A DNA stretch of 64,000 nucleotides from Patescibacteria group bacterium (GTDB taxonomy: Bacteria; Patescibacteriota; Patescibacteriia; UBA9934). Under the pieces are notes generated by a model. That model saw nothing but the letters and a program-made list of their open reading frames with translations. It made no database searches and was not told the DNA's origin. How positions within the stretch are numbered: position 1 is the stretch's first letter; the number at the start of each line of letters is the position of its first letter. Of this stretch, positions 18,316 through 27,805 are shown piece by piece. The translations under genes and the position numbers were made by a program. The stretch covers positions 595,338 through 659,337 of the forward strand of contig JBAZXR010000001.1 of NCBI GenBank assembly GCA_041659765.1, written 5' to 3'.

Positions 18316-20044
18316 CCTCGTCAGCGATACGTGAGAGAAGATCCGCTTGCGTAATAGTGAGCGGATTTTCTGTTCCAAAGACTTTTACCTGCAGGTCTCC
18401 CCCGTTGGCTTCTTTTTCGCCAATAACTATAGTCCACGGGACTTTGGACATAGCTGCTTCGCGGATTTTTTTGCCGAGTTTTTCAGAAGAATCGTCGAGC
18501 GACACGCGGACACCGGCTTCGACAAGTTTCTGCTTCAACTCAGCGGCGAACGGCACAAATGAGTCAGCCACCGTGGCCAAACGAACCTGTTCAGGCGCGA
18601 GCCAGAATGGGAAGGCGCCGGCGTAGTGCTCAATCATGATGCCGATGAAGCGTTCAACGGAACCAAGGATGGCGCGGTGAATCATGACCGGGCGCTTTTT
18701 TGTATTGTCGGCGTCTGTGTACTCGAGCTCAAAGCGTTCGGGCAGGTTGAAATCGAGCTGGATAGTGGCCAACTGCCATTCACGGCCAATAGCATCTGTA
18801 GCGATGAAGTCGATCTTCGGACCGTAGAAGGCAGCTTCGCCAATTCCCCACTCAAAAGCCTCGCCTACTTCCGCGCGGAGGATGCCTTCAAGGGTGCTAA
18901 TCGCGTTCTGCCAGACTTCTTTGCCACCCAAGTACTTCTCAGGCTCTTTCTCGTCCCAGATCGATAGACGAGGGCGGATGGACATGCCAAAAGCCTTATA
19001 AAACTTCTTCACGATCTCATAAATGTTCTTCGCCTCCACTTCAACCTGATCCATGCGACAGAACACGTGGGCGTCGTCCTGAGTAATCGAGCGAACCCTC
19101 GACAATCCTTGGAGCTGGCCGGTGTTCTCGTCGCGATAAACCGTTGTGACCTCAGAGAAACGCAAAGGCAAGTCGCGATAGCTACGAGGACGAGAAGCGA
19201 AAATCTGCGTGTGGTGCGGACAGTTCATCGGCTTCAGCACGAAAGTTTCGTCCGTCTTCTTGCTCGACACGTGGAAGATGTCGTCGGCAAATTTATCCCA
19301 GTGGCCAGAAGTCTTATAAAGATCTGCCTTGGCCATATGTGGAATGTTCACTTTCTGATAGCCGTACGGCTTCATGAGCGCCCAAACAAAGTTTGTCAGC
19401 CCTTCGCGCAACAGAGTTCCCCGAGGAGTAAAGAGAGGGAGACCGGGACCAACGAGTGACGAGAAGGCGAAGAGATCAAGCTCTACGCCGAGCTTGCGGT
19501 GGTCACGCTTCTTAGCCTCTTCCTGCATCTTCTCGTAGGCTTCAAGCTCAACGGCAGTGCCAAAGGCCAAACCGTAAATACGCGTCAGCTGCGCGTTCTT
19601 CTCGTCTCCGCGCCAGTAGGCACCGGCGAGCTTAGTCAGCTTGAAAGAGTTAACGTCCACGCGCGACAAATCCTCGTCATGTCCGCCGCGACAGAGGTCA
19701 ACATACGTTCCCGAGGTGTAGAGCGACAATGTCTGGCCTTCAGTGGCGAACTCCCGGATAAGCTCAAGTTTAAACTGGTTGTCGGCGAACAATTTCTCGG
19801 CTTCTGCCTTTGTGATCTCGGAGCGGTCAAACGAGGTGAACATGGAGATCATCTTGCGCATCTGTTTCTGGATCTTTGGGAGATCATCCTCCGAAATAGG
19901 AGTTGAAAACTGGAAGTCGTAATAGAAACCGTCGTCGATCGCTGGTCCGATCGTGCGTTTGGCATCTGGATAGAGTTCGAGAACTGCCGCGGCTAGTAAG
20001 TGAGCAAGTGAGTGTCGGCGGTGTTCGAGTTCTTGTGGAGACAT
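18299..20044 (-). CDS. thrS: Threonine-tRNA ligase (lacks the N-terminal TGS domain)
   Basis: RHSLAHLLA, DLCRGGH, KPMNCPHH, MIHRAILGSVERF. Confidence 0.98.
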   Translation of the reverse strand: MSPQELEHRRHSLAHLLAAAVLELYPDAKRTIGPAIDDGFYYDFQFSTPISEDDLPKIQKQMRKMISMFTSFDRSEITKAEAEKLFADNQFKLELIREFATEGQTLSLYTSGTYVDLCRGGHDEDLSRVDVNSFKLTKLAGAYWRGDEKNAQLTRIYGLAFGTAVELEAYEKMQEEAKKRDHRKLGVELDLFAFSSLVGPGLPLFTPRGTLLREGLTNFVWALMKPYGYQKVNIPHMAKADLYKTSGHWDKFADDIFHVSSKKTDETFVLKPMNCPHHTQIFASRPRSYRDLPLRFSEVTTVYRDENTGQLQGLSRVRSITQDDAHVFCRMDQVEVEAKNIYEIVKKFYKAFGMSIRPRLSIWDEKEPEKYLGGKEVWQNAISTLEGILRAEVGEAFEWGIGEAAFYGPKIDFIATDAIGREWQLATIQLDFNLPERFELEYTDADNTKKRPVMIHRAILGSVERFIGIMIEHYAGAFPFWLAPEQVRLATVADSFVPFAAELKQKLVEAGVRVSLDDSSEKLGKKIREAAMSKVPWTIVIGEKEANGGDLQVKVFGTENPLTITQADLLSRIADEARLPV

Positions 20045-20054
20045 ATATAGAGAT

Positions 20055-20190
20055 TAAAAAACGGCCCAAACCTTCAAATAAAGGCCTAAGCCGGGACCAG
20101 GATTTCTCCCGGTGGTTCCACCCGTATTCCCTTTACAGGGCACTTTTCTGAATTGTCTTTTCGCTCGCGGATTCGTGGTCCGGTCAGTGC
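20055..20190 (-). ncRNA. T-box riboswitch upstream of thrS
   Basis: AATACGGGTGGAACCACC T-box; antiterminator closed by GGTCCCG; terminator GCTTAGGCCTT...AAGGTTTGGGC-CGTTTTTT; short stem I GCACTGA...TCAGAAAAGTGC with candidate specifier ACA. Confidence 0.85.
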
Positions 20191-20359
20191 GAATAGAGAC
20201 ATGATAAACCTCCTAGGAATGATGTCAAATGTGGACAAGGCGGTCATTTTATGATAACCTTTCTGGTCACGACGAGACGCATTCCGCAACTCGTTTCGAC
20301 ACCTCCTAGCAATAGCTCGGAGTTCACGGGTCTGCCGCCCATTCACCAAGAGGTGCAAA

Positions 20360-20791
20360 ATGGCAGCGTTCACCATCCCGTCAGTCCTGATCGAGACCAC
20401 CCGTCAGCTGAACCAGCTACTCGGAATCAACCTCGGAGTTCCCCTCAGTGGAATGTTACCGAAAGAATGCAGCGAAGACATCGGAGTGGCTATCGAGCTC
20501 TACTTCCCCAACTGCTCCGACGACTCATTCCGGCGGGTCAAAATCGAAGCCGGCATCCACACGGGAGTCTCTGACGATGTACGGAAGACTGGTCTCTCCC
20601 GTTGGGTTGCACTCGAGCACGTATCCTTCCGAGGCTGGCTGCTGCCCGGCCGCAAGCTCGGACGAGATCTTCTTCAGAGGCTCGAGCGCATTGAGGTCGA
20701 GGTCACGGGGAAGGATTCTCCCCAACTCGGTTGTTCGTTCGCGCTCAATCTCCACCAAATGGACCTACTGAAGTGGGTAGACGTCGCCTAG
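20360..20791 (+). CDS. Hypothetical protein
   Basis: 143-aa ORF with GAGGT SD, followed by a hairpin and T tract. Confidence 0.7.
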   Translation: MAAFTIPSVLIETTRQLNQLLGINLGVPLSGMLPKECSEDIGVAIELYFPNCSDDSFRRVKIEAGIHTGVSDDVRKTGLSRWVALEHVSFRGWLLPGRKLGRDLLQRLERIEVEVTGKDSPQLGCSFALNLHQMDLLKWVDVA

Positions 20792-20851
20792 CCAACACCG
20801 CCAACGAAAAACCGACCCCGCAGGGTCAGTCTCTCGGGGCGGTTTTTTTAA

Positions 20852-22072
20852 TTACTTAGGATCTACTATTTCAATCTTAATATGATCCTTAAGCGTTGGC
20901 ACGCGCTTCAGCCAGAATGGGGTGAAGGAAACCGTGACCTCCCGTACGCCGTCGTTGGAGCGGAGAAGCGTGAGGACTTCATTTGGCGAACGGCCGACGA
21001 AGCGGTCCTTACTCAAAGCGGAAGATTCGAGCGAGAGACGAGCAGTGCCGTCCAAGTAAATCGAGATTCTGGCCTCGCCGGTTTTTGCGTCAGCTGCTTC
21101 AACCTTCACTTGCATACCGTCCACGTTAACCTTAGTCGCCTCGTAACCTTCTGAAATACGCTTCTGGAACAAGTTCTGCGCGTAGGTCTTAACGAGGTCA
21201 CCCTGATAGTAAACGCCGGTTACATCGAGTGACAGCGTCAAAGTAAACGATCCAGTCTGCGTACCAACAGGGACATCCGTTTTCTGATCAACCACGCTCG
21301 ACTTCAAAGAGATGCCATTGAGCGCTAGGTCAAGACCCTGTGCGAACTCTGCCTCGGCCTGCTTCAGCAAGTCGTCCGATAGAGCGGCGACAGCATCCGT
21401 AATATCCTTTTCAGTCAGTGAGCGAACATAGACTACGCCGCCGACCATGGGATTCGAGCTCGCACCCGTGATCAGCTTCTGGGCGTTAGCGTTCAAGCCA
21501 GGAACTGTAAACTTAGCTGGATCAATCTCCCCGCCCTTGCCGGGCAGATCAGCATGAACTATGGCCTCAACTTTACCATTAGCTGGCACATTAACGGCCT
21601 TATCGATCCTGAAAAGTACGCCCGTATCAGAGAGTAAACGCGTGGTAGCTACCAGTGCCTGCGCAGAAGTACCAGCGTTCGTGATAGTCACCGTGCCGCC
21701 AGCCTTAGCTTCAACGGCCTGGGAGCCTTCGCTTGGCAAAGTAAAGGTCTTTGAGCTAGTAAAAGTCTTCTCTTTCACGGCACCAGCGATCTGACCGTCC
21801 GCGGTTGGATTAGCCACTACATCAGCCACCGCATTCACAGTGATAAGTTTTGGATTGGCGACGATCTTGATCGTAGCGCGGGAGACCGACAAATAAAGTA
21901 CGGCCAAAAGCAAGGCAAAGGTCAGGGCCACGAAAACCACCGCAATTCTCTGATAGAGACGAAGTGACCGGGAGAGCGGTTTTTTTCCGGCACTGACAAA
22001 CTTGGCCCCACCATATCTGGTGGATGGTGGCGGTGGCGGAGCTGGCGGACGTTTCAAAGAAGAGGCAGACAT
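20852..22072 (-). CDS. Membrane-anchored baseplate-J-like domain protein
   Basis: Single TM, then KAGGTVTITN...LVATTRL...PGKGGEI...FTVPGL; C-terminal PFWLKRVP. Confidence 0.6.
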   Translation of the reverse strand: MSASSLKRPPAPPPPPSTRYGGAKFVSAGKKPLSRSLRLYQRIAVVFVALTFALLLAVLYLSVSRATIKIVANPKLITVNAVADVVANPTADGQIAGAVKEKTFTSSKTFTLPSEGSQAVEAKAGGTVTITNAGTSAQALVATTRLLSDTGVLFRIDKAVNVPANGKVEAIVHADLPGKGGEIDPAKFTVPGLNANAQKLITGASSNPMVGGVVYVRSLTEKDITDAVAALSDDLLKQAEAEFAQGLDLALNGISLKSSVVDQKTDVPVGTQTGSFTLTLSLDVTGVYYQGDLVKTYAQNLFQKRISEGYEATKVNVDGMQVKVEAADAKTGEARISIYLDGTARLSLESSALSKDRFVGRSPNEVLTLLRSNDGVREVTVSFTPFWLKRVPTLKDHIKIEIVDPK

Positions 22073-22091
22073 AGATAGTGCAATTATAGCA

Positions 22092-25000
22092 CTAGTATTT
22101 GACGTTTTCTTCCCCAACTATTTCACCGACTTTGCGGGCGACCTCTCGAGTGGCAGCGACACAGTATTCTGTCGCGATTTTCTTGGGCTCGCCAGCGCTC
22201 ATGACCTCGAGATGTACACGAACCGTGCCAGGTGAAGCTCGGAAGATGTCGCGTAGCTTCATGATCATTTCATTGGATGGTCGATCCGGCACCTTGATGG
22301 TGAAGGTTGTAGGTTGCTGGGTGTTGGTCGTCGGGGAGAATTCAACCTTCTTTGGTGCGACACGCTCCGCATCAAATCCGCCCTGGCCAAGCATGCCGGC
22401 GATTTCGGGAATTTCAGCCTCGGTAAAGGAGATGACGCCGTCGACGAGGATCGAATGCTCTTCGATCTCTGAATCTTCGCGCTTGCGGACAGATACTTTG
22501 CCGGTGATGACCACGAAGGCGTCAGGATTCAGCTTTTCGCGAACAACAACGTAAGTCTTTGGGAAAACCACGCACTCCACTCCCCCACTTGGGTCTTCGA
22601 TTCGCACAAAGGCCATGGGTTCGTTCTTCGCTTTAGTGTAGATCTGCTTCACCGCAGCAATAACACCACAAACTTTCACCATGGTCTTGTCCGTAAGCTC
22701 GTTGATCTTTTTAGTCGGCACGACGAACCGCGAGAATTGGTCGAAGAATAGTCCAGCCGGGTGACTCGACACATACAAACCGAGCAATTCTTTTTCCCAG
22801 GCCAGCATGGCGCTCTTAGGAATCGGATCAGCTGGGCGAAGAATGAGTTTCTTCGAGTTCATCTCCGGCGTCAGCTCGAACAATGACGACTGGTTCCGTT
22901 CGCGCTCTTCGTTCACCTGCTTGTTGTACATGACGAGGCTGTCGAGGTTGGTCACGAGCGTGATTCGGTCGCCGAACTTATCGAACGCGCCGGTCTTAAG
23001 CAAAGCCTCGAGCGTTTTCTTGTTAAACGCACGTGAATTGACTCGAGCCAAGAAGTCCGGAAGATCAAGAAACGGTCCGCCCTTCTTACGCTCCTTCACA
23101 ATCAGTTCAGCAACCTCCGTGCCCACGTTCTTAATAGCCATGAGTCCCCAGCGAATGTTCGTAGTCCCCTTCACCACCGCAAAACCCGCGAATGATTCGT
23201 TCACGTCCGGCGGCAACACCTTCATGCCCATGCGGGTACACTCGTCCACCTCAATGGTGATGCGGTCGATATTCCCCGCGTCCGAGTTCATGAGCGCCGC
23301 CATGAAGCAGGCCGGGTAATACGCCTTCAGGTACGCGGTGCGATACGCAATCATGGCATAACAGGCCGCGTGCGATTTGTTAAACCCGTAAGCGGCAAAG
23401 TCCTCCAGCTTTTGGAAAATCTTCACAGCTACCTGCTCCTTAACGCCATTCTTCATGGCGCCTTCTACAAATTTCACTTTCATCTTGGCCATGAGTTCAG
23501 CAATCTTCTTGCCCATGGCTTTACGCAAACTGTCAGCTTCTCCCCCAGTGAAACCAGCGAGGTCCTTCGACACCTGCATAACCTGCTCCTGGTAAACAGG
23601 AATACCGTACGTTTCCTTAAACGCGTTTTCCATTAAAGGATGCTCGTAGATAACCTTTTCGAGTCCGTGCTTTCGACGAATGTAGCTTTCAATAAACTGC
23701 ATCGGTCCCGGGCGGTACAGGGACACCATAGCGATGATGTCCTCGAAGGCACTCGGCTGAAGTTCCTTGATGTAACGCTTCATGCCGTCGGATTCCAACT
23801 GAAAGACGCCAGTAGTTTCAGCGCGACCAAGAAGAGCAAAAACTTTCGGATCTTTTAAGTTGATGGTGTCAATATCAATCACGTCGCCGGTGACAGCTTT
23901 AATGATCGCCATCGCGTCCTCAATCACCGTTAAGTTCGACAACCCAAGGAAGTCCATCTTCACCAGGCCCGCTGCTTCAGACGAGTTCAACGAATACTGC
24001 GTGATGAGGGCCATGTCTTCGTGCTGACCAGCCTGCAGCGGCGCTCGCTCGACGAGCGGACGATCGCCGATCACAATTCCGCAGGCGTGCTGAGACGCAT
24101 GACGAGGGTTACCTTCAAGTTTCATGGCGAGATCAATCACCCGGCGGGCCATGGGATTGCCCTCATACATCATCTTCATGTCCGGCGCCTCGACAATGGC
24201 CACCTTGAGCGGTGTATGTTTGCCCTGCACGGGCGGCGGAACGACTTTCGCGATTTGATCTCCTTCCTGGAACGAAAGGCCAAGAACACGCGACGCATCG
24301 CGAATGGCAGCGCGCGGCATAAGTGTTCCGAAAGTAATAATGCCAGCCACGTGGTCAGCGCCATACTTGGCCGTCACATACTCAAGCACCTTGCCGCGAC
24401 CAGTATCAGCAAAGTCCGTATCAATATCTGGCAAACTAATACGATCAGGGTTCAAGAAACGCTCGAAGAGCAGGCCGTAGGCAAGTGGGTCGATGTCCGT
24501 AATCTTCAGCGCGTAAGCGATGATGGAACCAGCGGCCGAGCCACGACCAGGACCCACGAGCACGCCGTGATCTTTAGCCCACACAATGTAATCTTGCACG
24601 ATTAAGAAGTATGACGGGAAGCCCATCTTCACGATAGTCGAGTACTCAAACTCGAACCGCTCCATCACGGCCGGCGAGATCGGGTTGCCATAGCGAAACT
24701 CGAGGCCCTTCAGACACAGCTCGCGCAACTCTTCCGCGTCTGTTTTGCCTGGTGGCAAAGGATAATTTGGCAAAAAGTTCTTGCCGAGTTCCATCTGGAA
24801 GTTGATTCTGTCCGCAATCTTTCGAGTATTCTCGAACGCTTCTGGAGTGTCAGCGAACGCGTGCATGATCTCGGCCGGCTCGCCAAAAGAGAGATCAACC
24901 TCGTCCGTGCTGGTCCGTCTGTACTCCTCGAGCGTTCGGCCGCGCTGAATACAAAGCTGAGCTTCGTAACCTTCGCGATCTTCCGTGTCCAAATAGAAGG

Positions 25001-25628
25001 TATTTCGAGTGGCAACGAGTGGCGCGCCAGTCTCGATGGAGAGCTTTCGAAACGCCTCATTCACTTCAACCTGTCTTGGCATGTCCGGATGATGAATCAT
25101 CTCCAAGAAAAAGTTTTCTTTACCAAAAATATCCTGATACTCAGCAATCAATGTTTTAGCTTTTTCGAGATCTCCATTACTCGCCGCATTAGGAATCTCG
25201 CCGGCGACCGCGCCAGAGAGTGCGATAAGTCCCTTCGAGTGCGCTCGCAGATATTCTTTATCGACACGCGGCTTGTAGTAGAAACCTTCAAGGAACCCCG
25301 CCGTCACGATCTTACAAATATTTCTGTAGCCTTCTTCGTTCTCAATTAAAAGAACAAGCCGGTACGGTCGATCATCTAGCCGAGCCCGTCGATCAGTCAT
25401 GCGGTGTTGCGCGATATACATGTCGACCCCAAGGATCGGCTTCATCTCCGCATCCTTACACGCCTTGAAAAACTCGACCGCCCCGTAAAGGTTCGCATTA
25501 TCCGTCAGCGCCACGGCCGTCATGCCGAGTTCTTTAGCACGCTTAACCACCGCTTTTGGCTTTGGCAGCGCCTCAAGCAGTGAATAGTGCGAATGATTGT
25601 GGAGATAGACGAAGTCCTTCGATTCCAT
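22092..25628 (-). CDS. dnaE: DNA polymerase III alpha subunit
   Basis: HNHSHYSLL PHP domain, GPGRGSAAGS, PDIDTDF, YGFNKSHAA. Confidence 0.98.
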   Translation of the reverse strand: MESKDFVYLHNHSHYSLLEALPKPKAVVKRAKELGMTAVALTDNANLYGAVEFFKACKDAEMKPILGVDMYIAQHRMTDRRARLDDRPYRLVLLIENEEGYRNICKIVTAGFLEGFYYKPRVDKEYLRAHSKGLIALSGAVAGEIPNAASNGDLEKAKTLIAEYQDIFGKENFFLEMIHHPDMPRQVEVNEAFRKLSIETGAPLVATRNTFYLDTEDREGYEAQLCIQRGRTLEEYRRTSTDEVDLSFGEPAEIMHAFADTPEAFENTRKIADRINFQMELGKNFLPNYPLPPGKTDAEELRELCLKGLEFRYGNPISPAVMERFEFEYSTIVKMGFPSYFLIVQDYIVWAKDHGVLVGPGRGSAAGSIIAYALKITDIDPLAYGLLFERFLNPDRISLPDIDTDFADTGRGKVLEYVTAKYGADHVAGIITFGTLMPRAAIRDASRVLGLSFQEGDQIAKVVPPPVQGKHTPLKVAIVEAPDMKMMYEGNPMARRVIDLAMKLEGNPRHASQHACGIVIGDRPLVERAPLQAGQHEDMALITQYSLNSSEAAGLVKMDFLGLSNLTVIEDAMAIIKAVTGDVIDIDTINLKDPKVFALLGRAETTGVFQLESDGMKRYIKELQPSAFEDIIAMVSLYRPGPMQFIESYIRRKHGLEKVIYEHPLMENAFKETYGIPVYQEQVMQVSKDLAGFTGGEADSLRKAMGKKIAELMAKMKVKFVEGAMKNGVKEQVAVKIFQKLEDFAAYGFNKSHAACYAMIAYRTAYLKAYYPACFMAALMNSDAGNIDRITIEVDECTRMGMKVLPPDVNESFAGFAVVKGTTNIRWGLMAIKNVGTEVAELIVKERKKGGPFLDLPDFLARVNSRAFNKKTLEALLKTGAFDKFGDRITLVTNLDSLVMYNKQVNEERERNQSSLFELTPEMNSKKLILRPADPIPKSAMLAWEKELLGLYVSSHPAGLFFDQFSRFVVPTKKINELTDKTMVKVCGVIAAVKQIYTKAKNEPMAFVRIEDPSGGVECVVFPKTYVVVREKLNPDAFVVITGKVSVRKREDSEIEEHSILVDGVISFTEAEIPEIAGMLGQGGFDAERVAPKKVEFSPTTNTQQPTTFTIKVPDRPSNEMIMKLRDIFRASPGTVRVHLEVMSAGEPKKIATEYCVAATREVARKVGEIVGEENVKY

Positions 25629-25701
25629 GTGGCTGAATGGTAGAAGGTAGAGGGTAGAAGGGCAATGCGTAAATCCCCAATACATTCAATGCTTCCCCAG
25701 G

Positions 25702-25710
25702 TTATCCACA
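25702..25710 (+). promoter_or_regulatory. Consensus DnaA box
   Basis: TTATCCACA in the divergent dnaE/nucleotidase intergenic region. Confidence 0.5.
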
Positions 25711-25763
25711 GGAGTTTGACCTGGCATAAGCAGAGTTCCACTACTATGCCGCCGGGAGGAATC

Positions 25764-26393
25764 ATGATTGGACTCAAAAACCTTGCTAATGATGGAAAAC
25801 GCCGCCCGGAAATCCTGGTGGATATGGACGATGTACTCGTAGATTGGCGAGGTGAAGCCCTCCGCCAAGCGACCGATCACCCAGAGTTGAGGAGACTCCT
25901 CGACGCGGAAGCCTGGACGCATCACGATCTGTTTACAAGCGTACGGGACGTCTGCGGAGCCCACCTGAATGCGGAACTCTACCGCGTTATTGAGCAACCG
26001 CACTTCCACCGCGATCTCCCGTGGATCCCCGGAGGGAAAGAGGCGCTGGCAGACATGGAAGAGCTGGGCTACGAGGTGCGGATTGTCACCTGGCCATGGG
26101 CCGGTCATCAAACTTGCGCCTCGGAAAAGCTGGAAAGCGTCCGGCGCCATCTGGGACGCGCCTGGGAGTCCCGTGTCATCATCACAAGCGAGAAAGCGGC
26201 CGTACTCGGCCAAGTGCTGATTGATGACAAGCCGCACGCTGGCACGCTGGACGGCTACCCGCCGCCTTGGGTCCATGTGCTCTTTGAAGATTCACCCGTG
26301 TGTGTGAAAAAGTTTGCTACGCACCCGCCGGAATATCGCCTCCCCAACTGGTCAAAGTGGCGAGAGGTCATTCAACCGCTGGTTTCGCGGTAA
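25764..26393 (+). CDS. 5'(3')-deoxyribonucleotidase (NT5C, HAD family)
   Basis: DMDDVLVD, VLIDDKP; GGAGGA SD. Confidence 0.85.
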   Translation: MIGLKNLANDGKRRPEILVDMDDVLVDWRGEALRQATDHPELRRLLDAEAWTHHDLFTSVRDVCGAHLNAELYRVIEQPHFHRDLPWIPGGKEALADMEELGYEVRIVTWPWAGHQTCASEKLESVRRHLGRAWESRVIITSEKAAVLGQVLIDDKPHAGTLDGYPPPWVHVLFEDSPVCVKKFATHPPEYRLPNWSKWREVIQPLVSR

Positions 26394-26401
26394 GCCCCAT
26401 C

Positions 26402-26435
26402 GCCGTCCGTCACTACGGACGGCTTTTCTTTTTTT
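26402..26435 (+). terminator. Intrinsic terminator
   Basis: GCCGTCCGT-CACT-ACGGACGGC followed by a T tract. Confidence 0.8.
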
Positions 26436-26474
26436 GGGACATCAATTACAATACGGTTGTTCCAAAATTGAATA

Positions 26475-26568
26475 CGTATCAAGAGTCCGTCGAGGGTCCT
26501 GGCCCAATGACACGGCAGCAGCCTACGCAAGTAAGGTGCTAACTCCAGCCCTAACGGGAAAGATAATT
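26475..26568 (+). ncRNA. SAM-I (S-box) riboswitch
   Basis: TATCAAGAG...GAGGG..TGGCCC.ATGA...GGCAGCAGCC...GGTGCTAACTCC...AAGATA consensus upstream of metK; terminator at 26577-26597. Confidence 0.9.
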
Positions 26569-26597
26569 ATTATCCGACGCCGTCATGGCGTTTTTTT

Positions 26598-27557
26598 ATG
26601 CTCACTCCCCTAATCTATACCGTCGAATCCGTCACAGTTGGTCATCCGGACAAAGTCTGCGATCAGATTTCCGATGCAATTCTCGACGCGTGTGTAAAGC
26701 AAGACCCAAATAGTCGTGTCGCGATTGAAACATTCGGCAGTCATGGACTCTTAGTTCTTGGCGGTGAGATTACGACGAAGGCGAAGGTCGATTATTCAGC
26801 GATCGCGCTCAAGGTCTACAGAGATATTGGTTACACGGATGATCTCAAAGTCCTCGTCCATATCACCGAGCAGTCCCCGGACATCGCCCAAGGCGTAGAC
26901 ACCGGCGGCGCAGGTGACCAAGGAATTATGTACGGCTTTGCCACGGACGAAACGCCAGAGTTCCTCCCCCGCGGCCTGGTGTACGTTCGACAATTAACCG
27001 ACAAACTGACGGAACTCAGAAAATCCGGCGAGGTTGCTTGGTTGAAACCCGACGGTAAGGCGCAGATTACGATGCAAAACGGCAAAGCGACGGTCGTTTT
27101 AATCAGCACACAGCATGACGAAGCCGTCTCTCAGGATGAGATCAGAAAAACCCTCATCGAAAAAGTCATCTACGCCGTCATCCCCGAAGAATATCGCGCA
27201 CTAGGAATGGAAATCCTCACAAACCCCACGGGCAAGTTTGTCATTGGCGGATTTGCTGCAGACACCGGACTCACTGGTCGAAAGTTGGCCGTCGACTCCT
27301 ATGGCGGAATCGTCGCCCACGGCGGTGGTGCTACAGCCGGCAAAGACATGACCAAGGTCGACAGATCAGCCGCCCGCAAAGCCCGCGAAGTCGCCCTCGA
27401 CATTGTTAAATCTGGAAAGGCGCACGAGTGTTTGATTTCCGTGGCCTACGCAATTGGCAAAGCCGAACCCGTCATGCTTTGGGCACAAAACGAAAACCAA
27501 GAAGACATCACCCCATTACTCGCCGGAATTAGTTTCTTGCCGAAGGATCTCCGCTAG
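26598..27557 (+). CDS. metK: S-adenosylmethionine synthetase, apparently C-terminally truncated
   Basis: ESVTVGHPDKVCDQISDA, GAGDQG, PDGK, GLTGRK; ends at FLPKDLR without the YGHFG tail. Confidence 0.9.
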   Translation: MLTPLIYTVESVTVGHPDKVCDQISDAILDACVKQDPNSRVAIETFGSHGLLVLGGEITTKAKVDYSAIALKVYRDIGYTDDLKVLVHITEQSPDIAQGVDTGGAGDQGIMYGFATDETPEFLPRGLVYVRQLTDKLTELRKSGEVAWLKPDGKAQITMQNGKATVVLISTQHDEAVSQDEIRKTLIEKVIYAVIPEEYRALGMEILTNPTGKFVIGGFAADTGLTGRKLAVDSYGGIVAHGGGATAGKDMTKVDRSAARKAREVALDIVKSGKAHECLISVAYAIGKAEPVMLWAQNENQEDITPLLAGISFLPKDLR

Positions 27558-27805
27558 TCCTCTCTCGTGAATCTCCGCACCGACTCCCCTTTCAACTCAA
27601 CCATCTCTCCCCATTCTCGCAATGGTCGCGTAAAAAATGGCGCGTCGGGGTTTTCGTACAGAGGTTCGTACACCACCATCCACTCGGCGTCATTCGAGTG
27701 CTCGGCGAGCAAGATAATCCGATACAGGTCGCCTTTGTAATGGCGATACGTCTCCCCCGCCTTGGGGGCGTCGGGTGGGAGGGGTGGGACGGGGTCTCCT
27801 CTCAT
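27554..27805 (-). CDS. DUF1653-like small protein
   Basis: YRHYKGDLY...MVVYEPLY...TRPL. Confidence 0.8.
   Translation of the reverse strand: MRGDPVPPLPPDAPKAGETYRHYKGDLYRIILLAEHSNDAEWMVVYEPLYENPDAPFFTRPLREWGEMVELKGESVRRFTRED

Noticed and set aside
20852-22072. Phage tail or contractile system
   Set aside because: Lone membrane-anchored baseplate-J-like gene with no sheath, tube or capsid genes nearby
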